The notes under the pieces are model-generated. The model was not told the origin of the DNA. It was given only the letters and a program-made list of their open reading frames with translations, and did no database searches. DNA of 25,475 nt from a virus. Below are positions 24,383-25,475 of this stretch, one piece after another; position 1 is the first letter of the stretch; each line of letters opens with the position of its first letter. A program made the translations under genes and the position numbers. Where the stretch lies: UHGV virus genome UHGV-0146066, one strand, 5' to 3'.

Positions 24383-25150
24383 ATGAAAAACATTATCGCT
24401 GCTATCATGCTTTCTGCTACTGCTTTCGGTGCTGATGCTGCGTCCTTTGATTGCACTAAGGCTACTACCAAATCAGAGAAGTTTATTTGTGCTAATGAGT
24501 CAATCTCCGCACTGGATTCTAAACTTCATGAAGTATATGTTAAGGCTGTTAAGATTAATCCGTCTCTTAAACAAGAGCAACGTAACTGGAATAAAACTGT
24601 TCGTGACACAATGATCAATATCGGGCAGATTCAGCCACTGGAGGCTGTATACAACGCTCAAATCCAAAACTTGATGAATGTATTATCTAAAGAAGAAACC
24701 GCGTCAGGGAGCGTTTCAGAGACTTCTGCGAAGGTTGAAGAAGAACAACCGAAACAGGAAGAAAAAGTGGTGGAAGAACCGAAGGTTGAAGATAAACCAA
24801 AAGGATTTACCGGAGACATGACATTGCAATGCGATGTTCACTATAGCTGGGAAATCCAAGACGGGGTAGAAACAAAAGCAGTTAAAGACATTGGCTATCC
24901 TCGTTATAACTCTGGTGAACTTAAACTTAAAGTAAAAGACGGGGAAATTATTGAATTTGTGTATCGTGATAATTATGACGCGCATAAAGCAAAGACAAAA
25001 ACAGTGACGCATCAGAATGGCGCAATGCAATATGAAGGCCAAGTGGATAACAAAAAATATTATGTGTGGCGTGATAATCAAGATATGATTCGCTTAGAAG
25101 TACATAAAAAATATTCAAGAACATACATTGACCAGTACGGGTGCAAATAA
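24383..25150 (+). CDS. Secreted protein with N-terminal DUF1311 / LprI-like domain, 255 aa
   Basis: Sec-type signal peptide MKNIIAAIMLSATAFGADA. FDCTKATTKSEKFICANESISALDSKLHEVYVKAV fits the remembered DUF1311 pattern. AAGAGG Shine-Dalgarno. Confidence 0.55.
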   Translation: MKNIIAAIMLSATAFGADAASFDCTKATTKSEKFICANESISALDSKLHEVYVKAVKINPSLKQEQRNWNKTVRDTMINIGQIQPLEAVYNAQIQNLMNVLSKEETASGSVSETSAKVEEEQPKQEEKVVEEPKVEDKPKGFTGDMTLQCDVHYSWEIQDGVETKAVKDIGYPRYNSGELKLKVKDGEIIEFVYRDNYDAHKAKTKTVTHQNGAMQYEGQVDNKKYYVWRDNQDMIRLEVHKKYSRTYIDQYGCK

Positions 25151-25475
25151 TTATGAAATTCAATAACATGAAGATCACAAAAGATTGGTGGGATGCGATG
25201 AAAGCTAACCACCAGAACGATATTAATTAAGTAACATTTTAGATATACAGCACCCAGCTAACAGATCACCTTTTATGGATTTCATTATAACCCTTTTGAT
25301 CTGGAAACTATGTTAATTAGTTGATTTCTAAGCCTTGTCCTTGTGATGGGGCTTTTTATTGCAAAATTTTTAGTTATTTGGGGTTGACTACATTCGGGTG
25401 CCAATTCGCCTGGCTAACTCTTGCTGAGTGATTTCTGACTGTAAAAAAGCATTTAACAGCAATACCTTAGAGGCG

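Noticed and set aside
25153-25230. 25-codon ORF (MKFNNMKITKDWWDAMKANHQNDIN) directly after the DUF1311 gene
   Set aside because: No convincing Shine-Dalgarno and too short to assess. Left unannotated; it could be a coupled small peptide.

Overview
This window looks like a largely intact tailed-phage (siphovirus-like) genome segment from an enterobacterial host, truncated at its left end by a partial IS5 element. Bases 1-506 are the 3' part of IS5 (insH transposase C-terminus, terminal repeat, CTAG target site), inserted into a tail gene. Bases 507-17301 are a late morphogenesis operon on the minus strand: lambda gpA-like large terminase, gpW-like protein, portal, a single ORF combining prohead protease, scaffold and HK97-fold capsid domains, head-tail proteins, two gpV-fold tail tube paralogs, a 1166-aa tail fiber with C-terminal intramolecular chaperone domain, G/T-like chaperone pair, tape measure, and distal tail genes. 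Bases 17302-25475 are an accessory/regulatory region carrying a Rha-family regulator, paralogous small HTH proteins, an acidic 337-aa protein ending in (AY)4AA, a ~1.2 kb non-coding stretch with a GTGTAGG repeat array and promoter/terminator units, small membrane peptides, a Nu1-like small terminase lying ~6 kb from the large terminase, and a secreted DUF1311-like protein. The most notable signal is a conserved in-frame open reading frame of 39 and 42 codons directly after the UGA stops of both the capsid gene and a tail tube gene, consistent with programmed stop-codon readthrough adding a shared C-terminal peptide. All similarity statements are from reading the translations and from memory of protein families; no database search or computation was run.
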